Shown: positions 1 through 7,866, numbered from the stretch's first letter. The stretch is DNA of 32,000 bases from Nostoc sp. PCC 7120 = FACHB-418 (GCF_000009705.1 NC_003272.1:2640001-2672000); one strand, 5' to 3'. The notes: a model not told the origin generated them from the letters alone. Translations and numbers: made by a program.

Positions 1-353
1 TGAAAATTCCATTGAGCGACTGTTGAGAAATTATCTTGTCATCGACCTGAGTATCAAAATACTCATTAAATGCAATGACTTTGAATCCAGGCTGCTTAAA
101 AATGTTACCTTTTCTTTACGGATACAATGCTTCCCTCAACATCTAGATTGACTTCTTCTAAGTAATTGGATTTAAGCCACAGAAAAGCATATATAATAAG
201 TAGTATTGCTGCAAAAATGATGCCAAGTGTTAGTTTTACCTCTTTAGGTATCTCAACAAATATCAGTAGAAGAGAAAGCCCTACACTTATCCATGATGTA
301 AATTCTAGGAATTGTTTGATAATTCTATTATCAAGCAAATTAACTTTGACCAA
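1..353 (-). pseudogene. 2-TM + Macro-like effector (type II Thoeris ThsA-like); frame broken at an A-run, 3' end beyond window
   Basis: ORF 105..353 encodes two hydrophobic helices (FTSWISVGLSLLLIFVEI and LTLGIIFAAILLIIYAFLWL) and stops at TAA 105-107. A -1 shift inside minus-strand AAAGAAAAGG (+ coords 108-117) continues the frame as VKKGNIFKQPGFKVIAFNEYFDTQVDDKIISQQSLNGIF to position 1, with no start codon of its own. G-[DN]-I ... [VI]-x-x-N-E is the usual first strand/loop of Macro folds. Confidence 0.45.
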
Positions 354-421
354 AGCCTCCTCCTAAACTTCAATTTTCTTGTTTTTTACCAAAGGCTGTC
401 ATACCAACGGTTAAGACATTG

Positions 422-982
422 TTATCGATAAAGATACACATCTGGTGTTGTTTTCGTGTTTGTCATGAAGTCATTATTTTTCAGCGACTCAGTAATAAGA
501 TATTTATTCATCGGGACATGTAAAGTTGGAACTTTATTCATTGATTCCCTTAGTATCGGTAGCTTATTCCATAAATTCTTAATCTCGTCTTTTAAAGAGC
601 CGTTATGCAAGAGGCTTTCCTTGGTATCGTAGTCGGGGTAGATCACAATTACCGGAAGTCCAAGTGAATTTATTCCGTAATCTATTTCCTCTTTTAGGGC
701 GCGAGAATTTACTGTCCTTTCGCTGAGGAATAGGATCACGTTCTTTGAGTTTCTAAGACGTTCTCGGAGCCTTGGCTTCAAGGTTAACTCCCAGTCACTG
801 CCATCTCGAACGCTGTAAGTTTTACTATGAGAGTCGTTGAAGGGAAAGGATGAGTCACTTCCTTTCCAAGTTCTCAGCAAATTGTAGTAAACAAAGTCCT
901 TGGTTGCGTATGCGCCTAAAGCACTTTCATTAAATGGTTCAGCAACGTAGAAAGCACAGTAATTTCCGTTTTTGTATGACAT
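422..982 (-). CDS. TIR-like domain protein (DUF1863 / ThsB-type)
   Basis: The ORF track gives 422..1015. The second ATG (982) is preceded by GAGGAA, so I prefer MSYKNGNYCAFYV... The layout is ThsB-like: an early beta-strand (YCAFYV), W/F-rich loop, then NVILFLSERTVNSRALKEEIDYGI resembling the V-x-LIG-x-T-x-x-S-x-W-V-x-YEI catalytic-Glu segment, then LPVIVIY. Confidence 0.6.
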   Translation of the reverse strand: MSYKNGNYCAFYVAEPFNESALGAYATKDFVYYNLLRTWKGSDSSFPFNDSHSKTYSVRDGSDWELTLKPRLRERLRNSKNVILFLSERTVNSRALKEEIDYGINSLGLPVIVIYPDYDTKESLLHNGSLKDEIKNLWNKLPILRESMNKVPTLHVPMNKYLITESLKNNDFMTNTKTTPDVYLYR

Positions 983-1060
983 TCTTTCCTCAATACTGCC
1001 TTTGTCAATGAACAATGATGCTTAAATTAAGGCTCGGCTAACTACTTATTATACCCAATG

Positions 1061-1232
1061 TTCCATCTAATCCCCTTCCATAAGTGTTTATACTGAACTG
1101 TTCTGTATAATACCCTAAATTCCAGTATTATACCGAATCTTTCCTTATAAACAACCTTTTTAAGTGGTTTATACGGAAAATATTCCATATAAATCTTCAT
1201 ACAGGGTTATTCAAAAGAACTATTCCGTATTT
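1061..1232. promoter_or_regulatory. Array of about 10 TTCCNTATAA / TTTATACNGAA half-sites including two ~25-bp palindromes
   Basis: Forward copies are at 1061, 1076, 1101, 1120, 1141, 1183 and 1223. Reverse copies are at 1087-1097, 1128-1137 and 1168-1178. Palindromes: TTTATACTGAA-ctg-TTCTGTATAAT (1087-1111, 9/11 arms) and TTTATACGGAA-aata-TTCCATATAAA (1168-1193, 10/11 arms), centres about 81 bp apart. The array lies 80-250 bp upstream of the TIR-like gene. Confidence 0.5.
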
Positions 1233-1262
1233 TAGATGGGGATATTTGATTTTAAATAAACC

Positions 1263-1385
1263 AGGACTTACGCAAGTGTCACAATCGATATTTGGTGCGT
1301 GACGCTATAAATCTCATGACTACGTTCAAATACTTTTGCAGCGTCACACACCCTACGTGAAAAATATGCCAGTTGCGTAAGTCCT
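1263..1385. mobile_element. MITE-like small dispersed repeat (nested inverted repeats)
   Basis: Perfect 13-bp terminal inverted repeats: AGGACTTACGCAA (1263-1275) and TTGCGTAAGTCCT (1373-1385). Inner inverted repeat: GGTGCGTGACGCT (1294-1306) and AGCGTCACACACC (1340-1352), 12/13. No coding capacity. Confidence 0.6.
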
Positions 1386-1633
1386 ATAAACTTAATAATT
1401 AATTGGGATGTTGGGAATTCGTCAACGTTTTTTTGCTAATTCAAGAACAGCGATCGCTATTGTAACTCAATGACTCTCCAGATACCGATATCAATGTTTG
1501 AAAATAAGTCTCCTGACCTTGAATGAGGAGTTCCCGAAAGATACTTAAATATCAAAACTTTAACACGAAGAAAAAAGTTTGAATTTAATTAAATCCAATC
1601 TCGATCATCAGTCGTCTTAGTAAACAGATGCGT

Positions 1634-1675
1634 CACAATTGACCACTCCAGTACCCATCTCAGGTCAGCATTGTG
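1634..1675 (+). promoter_or_regulatory. Leader hairpin / inverted repeat upstream of thioredoxin-like paralogue 1
   Basis: CACAAT-TGACC (1634-1644) pairs with GGTCA-gc-ATTGTG (1663-1675). The loop contains CCATCTCAGG. The same outer arms recur upstream of paralogue 2. Confidence 0.35.
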
Positions 1676-1725
1676 GCAGCATATTGCAAATTAAACAGTT
1701 TTAGTCTGAGAATAGGAAGAATTTT

Positions 1726-2241
1726 ATGCACAAACGCGCAAACTTCTTGCTCAAAATTTGTTTGAGCAGCCTGGTTTTTACTGCATCAATATTAGCAACA
1801 ACCACAGCCAGTATTTCTGCAACCGAAGCTAAATCATCAATTACAAAAGTTGCTCAGGTAAATCCATCTACTGCTACTAGCAACTCTGTAGGCGGGCCGT
1901 TAGCTAAAGAACTTCAAGGAAAACCAGTTGTAGTAGACGTGTTTGCTACTTGGTGTGCTGGCTGTAAGAATATTGCTCCTACTTTGTCACAGTTGAAACA
2001 GCAATATTCTGGTAAGGTGAATTTCGTGGTTTTGGATGTCACTGATAGAGCCAAACTCAAACAGACAGAAGCAATGGCGCAAAGATTAGGTTTGGGTAAA
2101 TTCCTAGCAGCTAATAAAAGTAAAACCAGCACAGTTGCGATCGTTGATCCTGCTACTGGTGACATTTTAGCCCTGTACCAAAACAATTCTAATAAAGCTG
2201 ACTACACCAAAATCCTCGAAACCGCTTTGGCGAAAAAGTAG
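1726..2241 (+). CDS. Exported thioredoxin-like (TlpA/ResA-type) protein, WCAGC active site, cleavable signal peptide
   Basis: N-terminal hydrophobic signal ending SISA-TEA. Motif VDVFATWCAGCKNIAP. Paralogue of 2444..2968. Confidence 0.85.
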   Translation: MHKRANFLLKICLSSLVFTASILATTTASISATEAKSSITKVAQVNPSTATSNSVGGPLAKELQGKPVVVDVFATWCAGCKNIAPTLSQLKQQYSGKVNFVVLDVTDRAKLKQTEAMAQRLGLGKFLAANKSKTSTVAIVDPATGDILALYQNNSNKADYTKILETALAKK

Positions 2242-2252
2242 TTCAATTATGC

Positions 2253-2292
2253 CTTTGCCTCATCTTTAGGGGCAAAGCTAGCTTTTTATTTT
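2253..2292 (+). terminator. Rho-independent terminator candidate
   Basis: Stem CTTTGCC (2253-2259) / GGCAAAG (2271-2277) followed by CTAGCTTTTTATTTT. Confidence 0.5.
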
Positions 2293-2337
2293 CAGTAAAT
2301 CCAACTTTGATGCTCAATCGTCTTATCAATAGATGCT

Positions 2338-2407
2338 CCACAATGTACAGTTCCAATTTCTCATCTCCAGAAAACAGGTGAAAAATGAACGCCAAGACTG
2401 ATTGTGG
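2338..2407 (+). promoter_or_regulatory. Leader hairpin / inverted repeat upstream of thioredoxin-like paralogue 2
   Basis: CCACAAT (2338-2344) pairs with ATTGTGG (2401-2407). Inner CAGT (2348-2351) pairs with ACTG (2397-2400). The loop contains TCATCTCCAG. Confidence 0.35.
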
Positions 2408-2443
2408 CAGGATTACACAATTAAAGCGTGAGGAGAATACCCA

Positions 2444-2968
2444 ATGTACAAAAACAAATTTTTTCTGAGCCTACTGTGTTTGAGTGGCCTGCTTCTGACT
2501 GTATCATGCAGCCCACCAAAATCAGATAATATTGCTCAAAATCAAGCTCCATCAACTGCAAAGGTTGCTCAAACAGATCCTGGTGCTGGTAAAGATGCTG
2601 CTAAATTAACCTCTGTAGGAAACCCTCTAGCTCAAGAACTTCAAGGTAAACCTGTATTGGTAGATGTGTTTGCTACTTGGTGCGCTGGCTGCAAGAATAT
2701 TGCTCCTACTCTGTCCCAATTAAAACAAGAATATTCTGGTAAGGTGAATTTTGTGGTTTTGGATGTAACAGATAAAGCCAAACTCCAAGAGACACAAGCG
2801 CAAGCCGAAAAATTGGGCTTGGGGAAATTCCTAGAAGCTAATAAAAGTCAAACAAGTACTGTGGCGATCGTTGATCCGGCTACTGGCAATATTTTAACAA
2901 TCTTCAAAAATAATCCTAACAAGGATGACTACACCAAAATACTCGATACTGCTCTAGCAAAAAGTTAG
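2444..2968 (+). CDS. Thioredoxin-like (TlpA/ResA-type) lipoprotein, WCAGC active site
   Basis: Lipobox-like LLLTVSC-S. The mature domain is about four-fifths identical by eye to 1726..2241, including VDVFATWCAGCKNIAPTLSQLKQ. Confidence 0.85.
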   Translation: MYKNKFFLSLLCLSGLLLTVSCSPPKSDNIAQNQAPSTAKVAQTDPGAGKDAAKLTSVGNPLAQELQGKPVLVDVFATWCAGCKNIAPTLSQLKQEYSGKVNFVVLDVTDKAKLQETQAQAEKLGLGKFLEANKSQTSTVAIVDPATGNILTIFKNNPNKDDYTKILDTALAKS

Positions 2969-3000
2969 TCTGCATCTCTTCATAGCTTAAGGCTAATTTC

Positions 3001-3852
3001 ATGAAACCAATATCTCAGTTGTCAACTGAGCAACCCCCCTCCCGCCATTCTAAAATCTCCAAGAAATGGCTAGTTTACGGTGGATTGGGATTGCTCTCCC
3101 TCGTTATAGTTTTGACTTTGGGGCCTGTAATCAGTCATCCCATTGAACGGGTAATTTCCATTGTGGAAAACCGTTATCAGCAGTGGTTTAATCAACAGGA
3201 CACAGCAAATCCTTTGGTGTTGTTACCTTTGGCGTTTGTTGGTGGGTTACTTGCTAGTGTATCTCCCTGTATTTTGGCACTTTTACCAGTCAACCTGAGT
3301 TACATCGGCACACTAAAAATTAAATCCCGTTGGGATGCTTTTAGTAAGGCTGGCTTGTTTGTCTTGGGAGCAGTAACAATTTTAAGTCTGTTTGGTTTAG
3401 TCTCATCCTTTGCTGGCGCAGTGATGGTGGAGTATCGAGGCTATATCAATATAGTTGTCGGATTAATTATGGCTGTAATGGGTTTGTGGTTGATGGGGGT
3501 GGTAAAAATACCCCTACCGCAGATGAATGTGAATCTCCCCCAGGCTGGCCCTTATGGAGTGGGTTTGACTTTTGCTCTGGTGAGTTCCCCCTGTGCTAGT
3601 CCGGTGCTGTTTGCGGTGCTGGCGGCTGCTGCGGCTACAGGTTCGCAAGTTTTGGGGACGCTGACGATGGTTAGCTATGCTCTGGGTTATACTCTCCTGA
3701 TTTTCCTGGCGAGTTTGTTTACGGGAATGGCGAAACAAAGTAACAAGTTGTTGAAACATTCCGAGGGAATTATTCGCTTTGGTAGTGTGGCACTGATTCT
3801 AACTGGGGCATATTACCTATTTACTGGTACTCAATGGTTTGTGGGAGGTTAA
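3001..3852 (+). CDS. ccdA: CcdA / DsbD-family thiol:disulfide electron-transfer membrane protein
   Basis: Polytopic membrane protein with the two signature membrane cysteines in [12 protein letters not shown] and [12 protein letters not shown]. Confidence 0.85.
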   Translation: MKPISQLSTEQPPSRHSKISKKWLVYGGLGLLSLVIVLTLGPVISHPIERVISIVENRYQQWFNQQDTANPLVLLPLAFVGGLLASVSPCILALLPVNLSYIGTLKIKSRWDAFSKAGLFVLGAVTILSLFGLVSSFAGAVMVEYRGYINIVVGLIMAVMGLWLMGVVKIPLPQMNVNLPQAGPYGVGLTFALVSSPCASPVLFAVLAAAAATGSQVLGTLTMVSYALGYTLLIFLASLFTGMAKQSNKLLKHSEGIIRFGSVALILTGAYYLFTGTQWFVGG

Positions 3853-3854
3853 TC

Positions 3855-4841
3855 ATGGTCGAGGATCTGGTGATTATTGGTTCTGGCCCGGCTGGTTATA
3901 CCGCCGCCATCTATGCAGGACGCGCTCAACTCAAACCTGTGGTATTTGAAGGGTTCAGTGCTGGGGGAATCCCCGGCGGCCAATTGATGACCACCACTGA
4001 GGTAGAGAATTATCCTGGTTTTGCTGAAGGAGTTCAAGGGCCAAAGTTAATGCAGCAAATGCGCCAACAAGCATTACGCTGGGGTGCTAGGTTGATTACT
4101 GATGATGTAATTGCTGTGGATTTTACCCAATACCCATTCCTGATAGCTTCTGCGGATTTATTAGAAGTGAAAGCGCGGGCTGTGATTATTTGCACGGGAG
4201 CAACTGCTAAAAGATTACATTTGCCGGGTGAGGAGAAGTTTTGGAATAACGGCATTTCTGCCTGTGCAATCTGCGATGGGGCAAATCCTTTGTTTGCGAA
4301 TGCAGACATTGCTGTGGTTGGTGGCGGAGATTCGGCTGTGGAAGAAGCACTTTATCTAACTAAATATGCCAGTAAGGTTCATTTATTGGTAAGGAGCGAT
4401 CGCCTGCGGGCTTCTAAGACGATGCAGGAGCGTATATTTAATCACAGCCAATTTCATATTCACTGGCATAGCTTACCCATCAGTGTAGATGGAGATGAGG
4501 TACTACGTAGTGTCCAAATTCGAGATACACAAACAGGTGGAGTTGCCGATTTAACCGTGAGTGGATTATTCTACGCCATTGGTCACACTCCCAATACGCA
4601 ACTGTTTCAGGATCAATTAGAACTGGATGAAGCCGGCTACATCAAAACTCAGGGTAAGAGTACAGCTACTAATATTCCGGGCATTTGGGCGGCTGGAGAT
4701 GTTCAAGATCACGTTTATCGTCAAGCAATTACCGCAGCTGGTACGGGTTGCATGGCAGCGCTGGAGGCTGAGAGGTGGTTGTCAGAAAGGCAATTGTCTC
4801 CGGCGGACGGAACACCAACCCTTGTTTCTTTCGCTGCGTAA
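3855..4841 (+). CDS. trxB: Thioredoxin reductase-type flavoprotein (low-Mr TrxB family)
   Basis: [13 protein letters not shown] (FAD), redox [25 protein letters not shown]. Start moved from 3834 to ATG 3855, which follows GGAGG (3844-3848) and sits 3 nt after the ccdA stop. The NADPH-phosphate motif reads VRSDRLRA where canonical enzymes have HRRDxFRA. Confidence 0.85.
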   Translation: MVEDLVIIGSGPAGYTAAIYAGRAQLKPVVFEGFSAGGIPGGQLMTTTEVENYPGFAEGVQGPKLMQQMRQQALRWGARLITDDVIAVDFTQYPFLIASADLLEVKARAVIICTGATAKRLHLPGEEKFWNNGISACAICDGANPLFANADIAVVGGGDSAVEEALYLTKYASKVHLLVRSDRLRASKTMQERIFNHSQFHIHWHSLPISVDGDEVLRSVQIRDTQTGGVADLTVSGLFYAIGHTPNTQLFQDQLELDEAGYIKTQGKSTATNIPGIWAAGDVQDHVYRQAITAAGTGCMAALEAERWLSERQLSPADGTPTLVSFAA

Positions 4842-4876
4842 ATAGTATTTTTTATCACAATTACAAGGAGATAAAT

Positions 4877-5218
4877 ATGCAGAAAACTTTTACTATTGAT
4901 CAAACTTTCTTCACAGGAAAAGAAGCTTTTGACTGGTTGATGCAGGAATCCGATCAGCTAATCATTGTCAAATTTGTAGCTCCCTACTGTCCTTCCTGCG
5001 AAACGCTTAAACCTGTCCTACATCAAATAGCTGAGGAAAACACAGGTAAATTGCATTTGGTTGAACTTGACATGAGCGAAGAACCTGAATTAGCGATTAA
5101 CTTTGGTGTCAGAAGCGCACCAACAGTAGTATTACTTAAACACCAGCAAACATTGGCACAAATTGCAGGCTTGAAACCTAAGAAACAGTACACCGAAATG
5201 ATTCAATCTGCGCTCTAA
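4877..5218 (+). CDS. Thioredoxin with atypical YCPSC active site
   Basis: Start moved to ATG 4877, preceded by AAGGAG (4865-4870). Thioredoxin fold motifs VKFVAPYCPSCETLKP and SAPTVV (cis-Pro). Confidence 0.8.
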   Translation: MQKTFTIDQTFFTGKEAFDWLMQESDQLIIVKFVAPYCPSCETLKPVLHQIAEENTGKLHLVELDMSEEPELAINFGVRSAPTVVLLKHQQTLAQIAGLKPKKQYTEMIQSAL

Positions 5219-5294
5219 GACAGGTGGATAAATGTCTATAGCCTTATCCCGTCTAGATTCTTAATTTTGTAGCTTTAGCTTCCCGTAGGGTATT

Positions 5295-5575
5295 TTGAGT
5301 TTTGAATTGACAATGAGTGGAGGTGTGCTGTTCGGCGTAGTTTGGGGGTCAATCTATGTAGCGATCGCCGCAAATTTGGGAGCAACTTGGGCTTTTCTCA
5401 TTGGACTTTACTTGTATCGGGATGTAATTTGCAGGATGATTCAGGGTAATGTTAAGTTCAAAGCGATTGATAAAGCAGTAGCACAGGAAGGATTCAAAAT
5501 TGTCCTCCTGTCTTGCCCTTCAAGCTGTTAAATTACGCCTTTGGTGTGACTCAGAAAGCTTTAAACACAACTGTT
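5295..5575 (+). pseudogene. Fragment of a TVP38/TMEM64 (DedA-related) membrane protein gene
   Basis: GVLFGVVWGSIYVAIAANLGATWAFLIG...KFKAIDKAVAQEGFKIVLL parallels residues of the intact neighbour 5595..6443. It lacks the N-terminal third. An internal deletion shifts frame, and PFKLLNYAFGVTQ continues in the -1 frame from about 5516. Confidence 0.7.
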
Positions 5576-5594
5576 TAATCGGGAGAAATCACCC

Positions 5595-6443
5595 ATGTTA
5601 CAACCTACAAGTATTAATTTGATAATTCTCCAAAGTCACAAGAGAACTATCGCAGATATGCCAACCAGGAACTGGCAAAAGTTGATTAGGCTTGTTTTCC
5701 TGATGCTGCTGGCATTTGGTGTTACCTTAATATTGGCTACAGAACCAGCTTTTGGACAAGAATCGGCTCAAAACGCTCCAGGGTTTAATCCCCAAGCATG
5801 GTTAAAAAATGCTTTGCAGTGGATTGATGGTCTTGGTGCTGTGGGAGCATTAGCATTTATCCTCCTTTATATCATTGCCACTGTTGCCTTTTTACCAGGA
5901 TCAATCCTTACTCTCGGTGCAGGTGTGGTCTTTGGCGTGGTTTGGGGTTCGCTTTATGTCTTCATTGGTGCAACTATAGGTGCTACCGCCGCTTTCTTGG
6001 TCGGACGTTATTTGGCTAGGGGATGGGTTGCTAAGAAGATTGTCGGGAATCAGAAATTTCGGGCGATTGATGAAGCGGTAGGTAGAGAAGGGCTGAAAAT
6101 TGTACTATTAACGCGACTTTCTCCTATATTCCCTTTCAATTTGTTGAACTATGCCTATGGCGTAACAGGAGTTTCCCTCAAAGATTATGTTCTTGCTTCC
6201 ATTGGCATGATTCCCGGTACAATTATGTATGTTTATATCGGTTCTTTAGCTGGTAGTATTGCCACTATTGGTACTGAATCTCAACCTGGGAATCCTGGCG
6301 TACAGTGGGCAATTCGGATTATCGGCTTTATCGCTACGGTTGCTGTGACAATTTATGTGACTAAAGTTGCTCGCAAGGCTTTAGAAGATGAAGTTTTAGA
6401 GTCCACAAACGATGATGAAAATAAACAAATCAACCTGAATTAG
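5595..6443 (+). CDS. TVP38/TMEM64 family (SNARE-associated/DedA-like) membrane protein
   Basis: GAGVVFGVVWGSLYVFIGATIGATAAFLVGRYLAR...LLTRLSPIFPFNLLNYAYGVT is typical of the family. The real start may be the internal MPTRNW. Confidence 0.8.
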   Translation: MLQPTSINLIILQSHKRTIADMPTRNWQKLIRLVFLMLLAFGVTLILATEPAFGQESAQNAPGFNPQAWLKNALQWIDGLGAVGALAFILLYIIATVAFLPGSILTLGAGVVFGVVWGSLYVFIGATIGATAAFLVGRYLARGWVAKKIVGNQKFRAIDEAVGREGLKIVLLTRLSPIFPFNLLNYAYGVTGVSLKDYVLASIGMIPGTIMYVYIGSLAGSIATIGTESQPGNPGVQWAIRIIGFIATVAVTIYVTKVARKALEDEVLESTNDDENKQINLN

Positions 6444-6461
6444 TTAATCAAAGACTTATTT

Positions 6462-6665
6462 CGTAGTTGGGGACTTTATATTGCCAAAGGTGCATTTGAA
6501 AAAGAATCTCCTTTATTTTGTGAACCTGGGTTTTTCTTAGTTAAGCCAGACGGCACACTTTTCTATGCTGCCGTAAATAGCGCACCTTTTGGTAGTCCAC
6601 CCATATCAGATATGCTCTCTGCTATTGACTTTATTTTGCTGACCCATCATGCCACACCCGGCCAT
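6462..6665 (+). pseudogene. C-terminal remnant of a peroxiredoxin-like/redoxin-family gene
   Basis: No start codon. In the same frame as, and right after, the TAG stop of 5595..6443 it reads [71 protein letters not shown]..., EPG[FL]F[LV].P.G, SAPF..P and IDFI match the tail of a thioredoxin-fold peroxiredoxin-like family as I recall it. Confidence 0.45.
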
Positions 6666-6810
6666 ACCCCCAAAGAAGGTAGTAACTATGTTTGCAATAC
6701 CTTGTCCTTTGGCTTATTGGTTTTTATCACTAGGGGCGTCTTGTGAGTTCATCTACTAATGAAGCGGTTAAGAACGAAATTTGTGACTCTTGATACTCAT
6801 TTTATAGTTA

Positions 6811-6832
6811 AATTAATGATATTATTTCTCAT
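6811..6832. promoter_or_regulatory. Candidate Fur box upstream of the AraC-type regulator
   Basis: AATTAATGATATTATTTCTCAT resembles the GATAATGATAATCATTATC-type Fur consensus, with the TAATGATA core exact. It lies 40-60 nt upstream of ATG 6871. Confidence 0.35.
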
Positions 6833-6870
6833 CTATCTATTTAATAAACAAATCCAAAATCCCAAGTTTC

Positions 6871-7866
6871 ATGACCTTTGTTTTACAAGAATCAGCAGAT
6901 TGTCATCATTTATGGTCTACAAATCTGGTGAACAATTGCACCTCTTTTCAACCAAAAACTTACGAATTTCCGATAAATGACCCCAAGGGAATGAGTCATG
7001 GCTATAGACGTTGGTATCATCTGCGTCCGGGAATTTCTCTTTTGGTAGATGACTATACTCTGCATGATGACTTGGTGATCAAGACATCTTCTACTCAACC
7101 AATGAAATATTTAGAACTGAGTTTTAGTCTTTTAGGTAATAATTATAATGAAAGAGTGTGTTCTGGGCAAAATTTTTTATCTTGCTATACAGATTCGGGT
7201 CAGGAATATTTGATTGAATGGAAAAATCAAAATAGAATTTTAAAATTTGATATTCATATTGAATGGTCTATATTTAAAAACCTCATTACCAATCAAATTG
7301 ATTTATTACCTTCACCATTAAAAGATGTCATAAAAATAGAAGATGATGAGTTAGATTATCTACATATAGATATGACAACACCAAAAATGCAGGGTATTAT
7401 ACGTGAAGTTTTACACTGCCCCTATCAAGGTTTAACTAAGCAATTATATTTAGAAGGGAAAATATTAGAATTACTAGCGTTGCGGTTAGAAAATTTCACG
7501 GAAAAATCCCAGCAACGAGCAGCTAAACAACTTAAACCCTATCAAGTAGATAGTATTTATCAAGCTAGAGATATTTTAATTAGTAACATTAATCAACCAC
7601 CCTCTTTATTATCTTTAGCTCGTCAAGTCGGCTTGAACGACTGTATTTTAAAAAAAGGATTTCAAGAGATATTTGGAACTACAGCTTTTGGCTATTTGCA
7701 CAAATACCGTATGGAAAGAGCAAAAGAACTATTGCGGGAATATCAAATGAATGTTAACCAAGTTGCTCAAGCTGTAGGTTACGAATCACGTAGTTCATTT
7801 GTTAGGGCTTTTTCTAAACAGTTTGGTGTTAGCCCTAGTGCTTACATTCCCAGAAGTTCCGTCTGA
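6871..7866 (+). CDS. AraC-family transcriptional regulator (PchR-like, siderophore-responsive type)
   Basis: C-terminal double HTH: LSLARQVGLNDCILKKGFQEIFGTTAFGYLHKYRMERAKELL...VNQVAQAVGYESRSSFVRAFSKQFGVSPSAY. It sits immediately upstream of TonB-dependent receptor genes. Confidence 0.85.
   Translation: MTFVLQESADCHHLWSTNLVNNCTSFQPKTYEFPINDPKGMSHGYRRWYHLRPGISLLVDDYTLHDDLVIKTSSTQPMKYLELSFSLLGNNYNERVCSGQNFLSCYTDSGQEYLIEWKNQNRILKFDIHIEWSIFKNLITNQIDLLPSPLKDVIKIEDDELDYLHIDMTTPKMQGIIREVLHCPYQGLTKQLYLEGKILELLALRLENFTEKSQQRAAKQLKPYQVDSIYQARDILISNINQPPSLLSLARQVGLNDCILKKGFQEIFGTTAFGYLHKYRMERAKELLREYQMNVNQVAQAVGYESRSSFVRAFSKQFGVSPSAYIPRSSV

Noticed and set aside
166-366. 66-aa plus-strand ORF opposite the 2-TM gene
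   Set aside because: It is a shadow of the minus-strand membrane ORF, which has coherent TM helices and operon context with the TIR-like gene.
1914-2186. Antisense or out-of-frame ORFs nested inside well-supported genes (1914..2186, 3514..3759, 3849..4037, 4034..4309, 4627..4845, 4721..4903, 6910..7098, 8324..8542, 8484..8693, 8868..9089, 12505..12789, 12873..13085, 13741..13989, 14010..14231, 14041..14235, 14853..15068, 17761..18000, 18439..18678, 18712..19014, 20926..21138, 21721..21951, 21830..22078, 23085..23348, 26550..26762, 28545..28796, 29389..29574)
   Set aside because: Each lies wholly within a gene with strong family motifs on the other frame or strand. Their compositions are low-complexity or Arg/Ser/Cys-rich, typical of shadow ORFs, and none shows recognisable motifs.
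5295-5531. 78-aa ORF as an independent small membrane protein gene
   Set aside because: It is a truncated, frame-shifted paralogue of the adjacent TVP38 gene, and homology continues past its stop in another frame.
6759-6980. 73-aa ORF overlapping the AraC gene start
   Set aside because: It is AT-rich promoter sequence containing the Fur-box-like site, and it overlaps the better-supported AraC frame.
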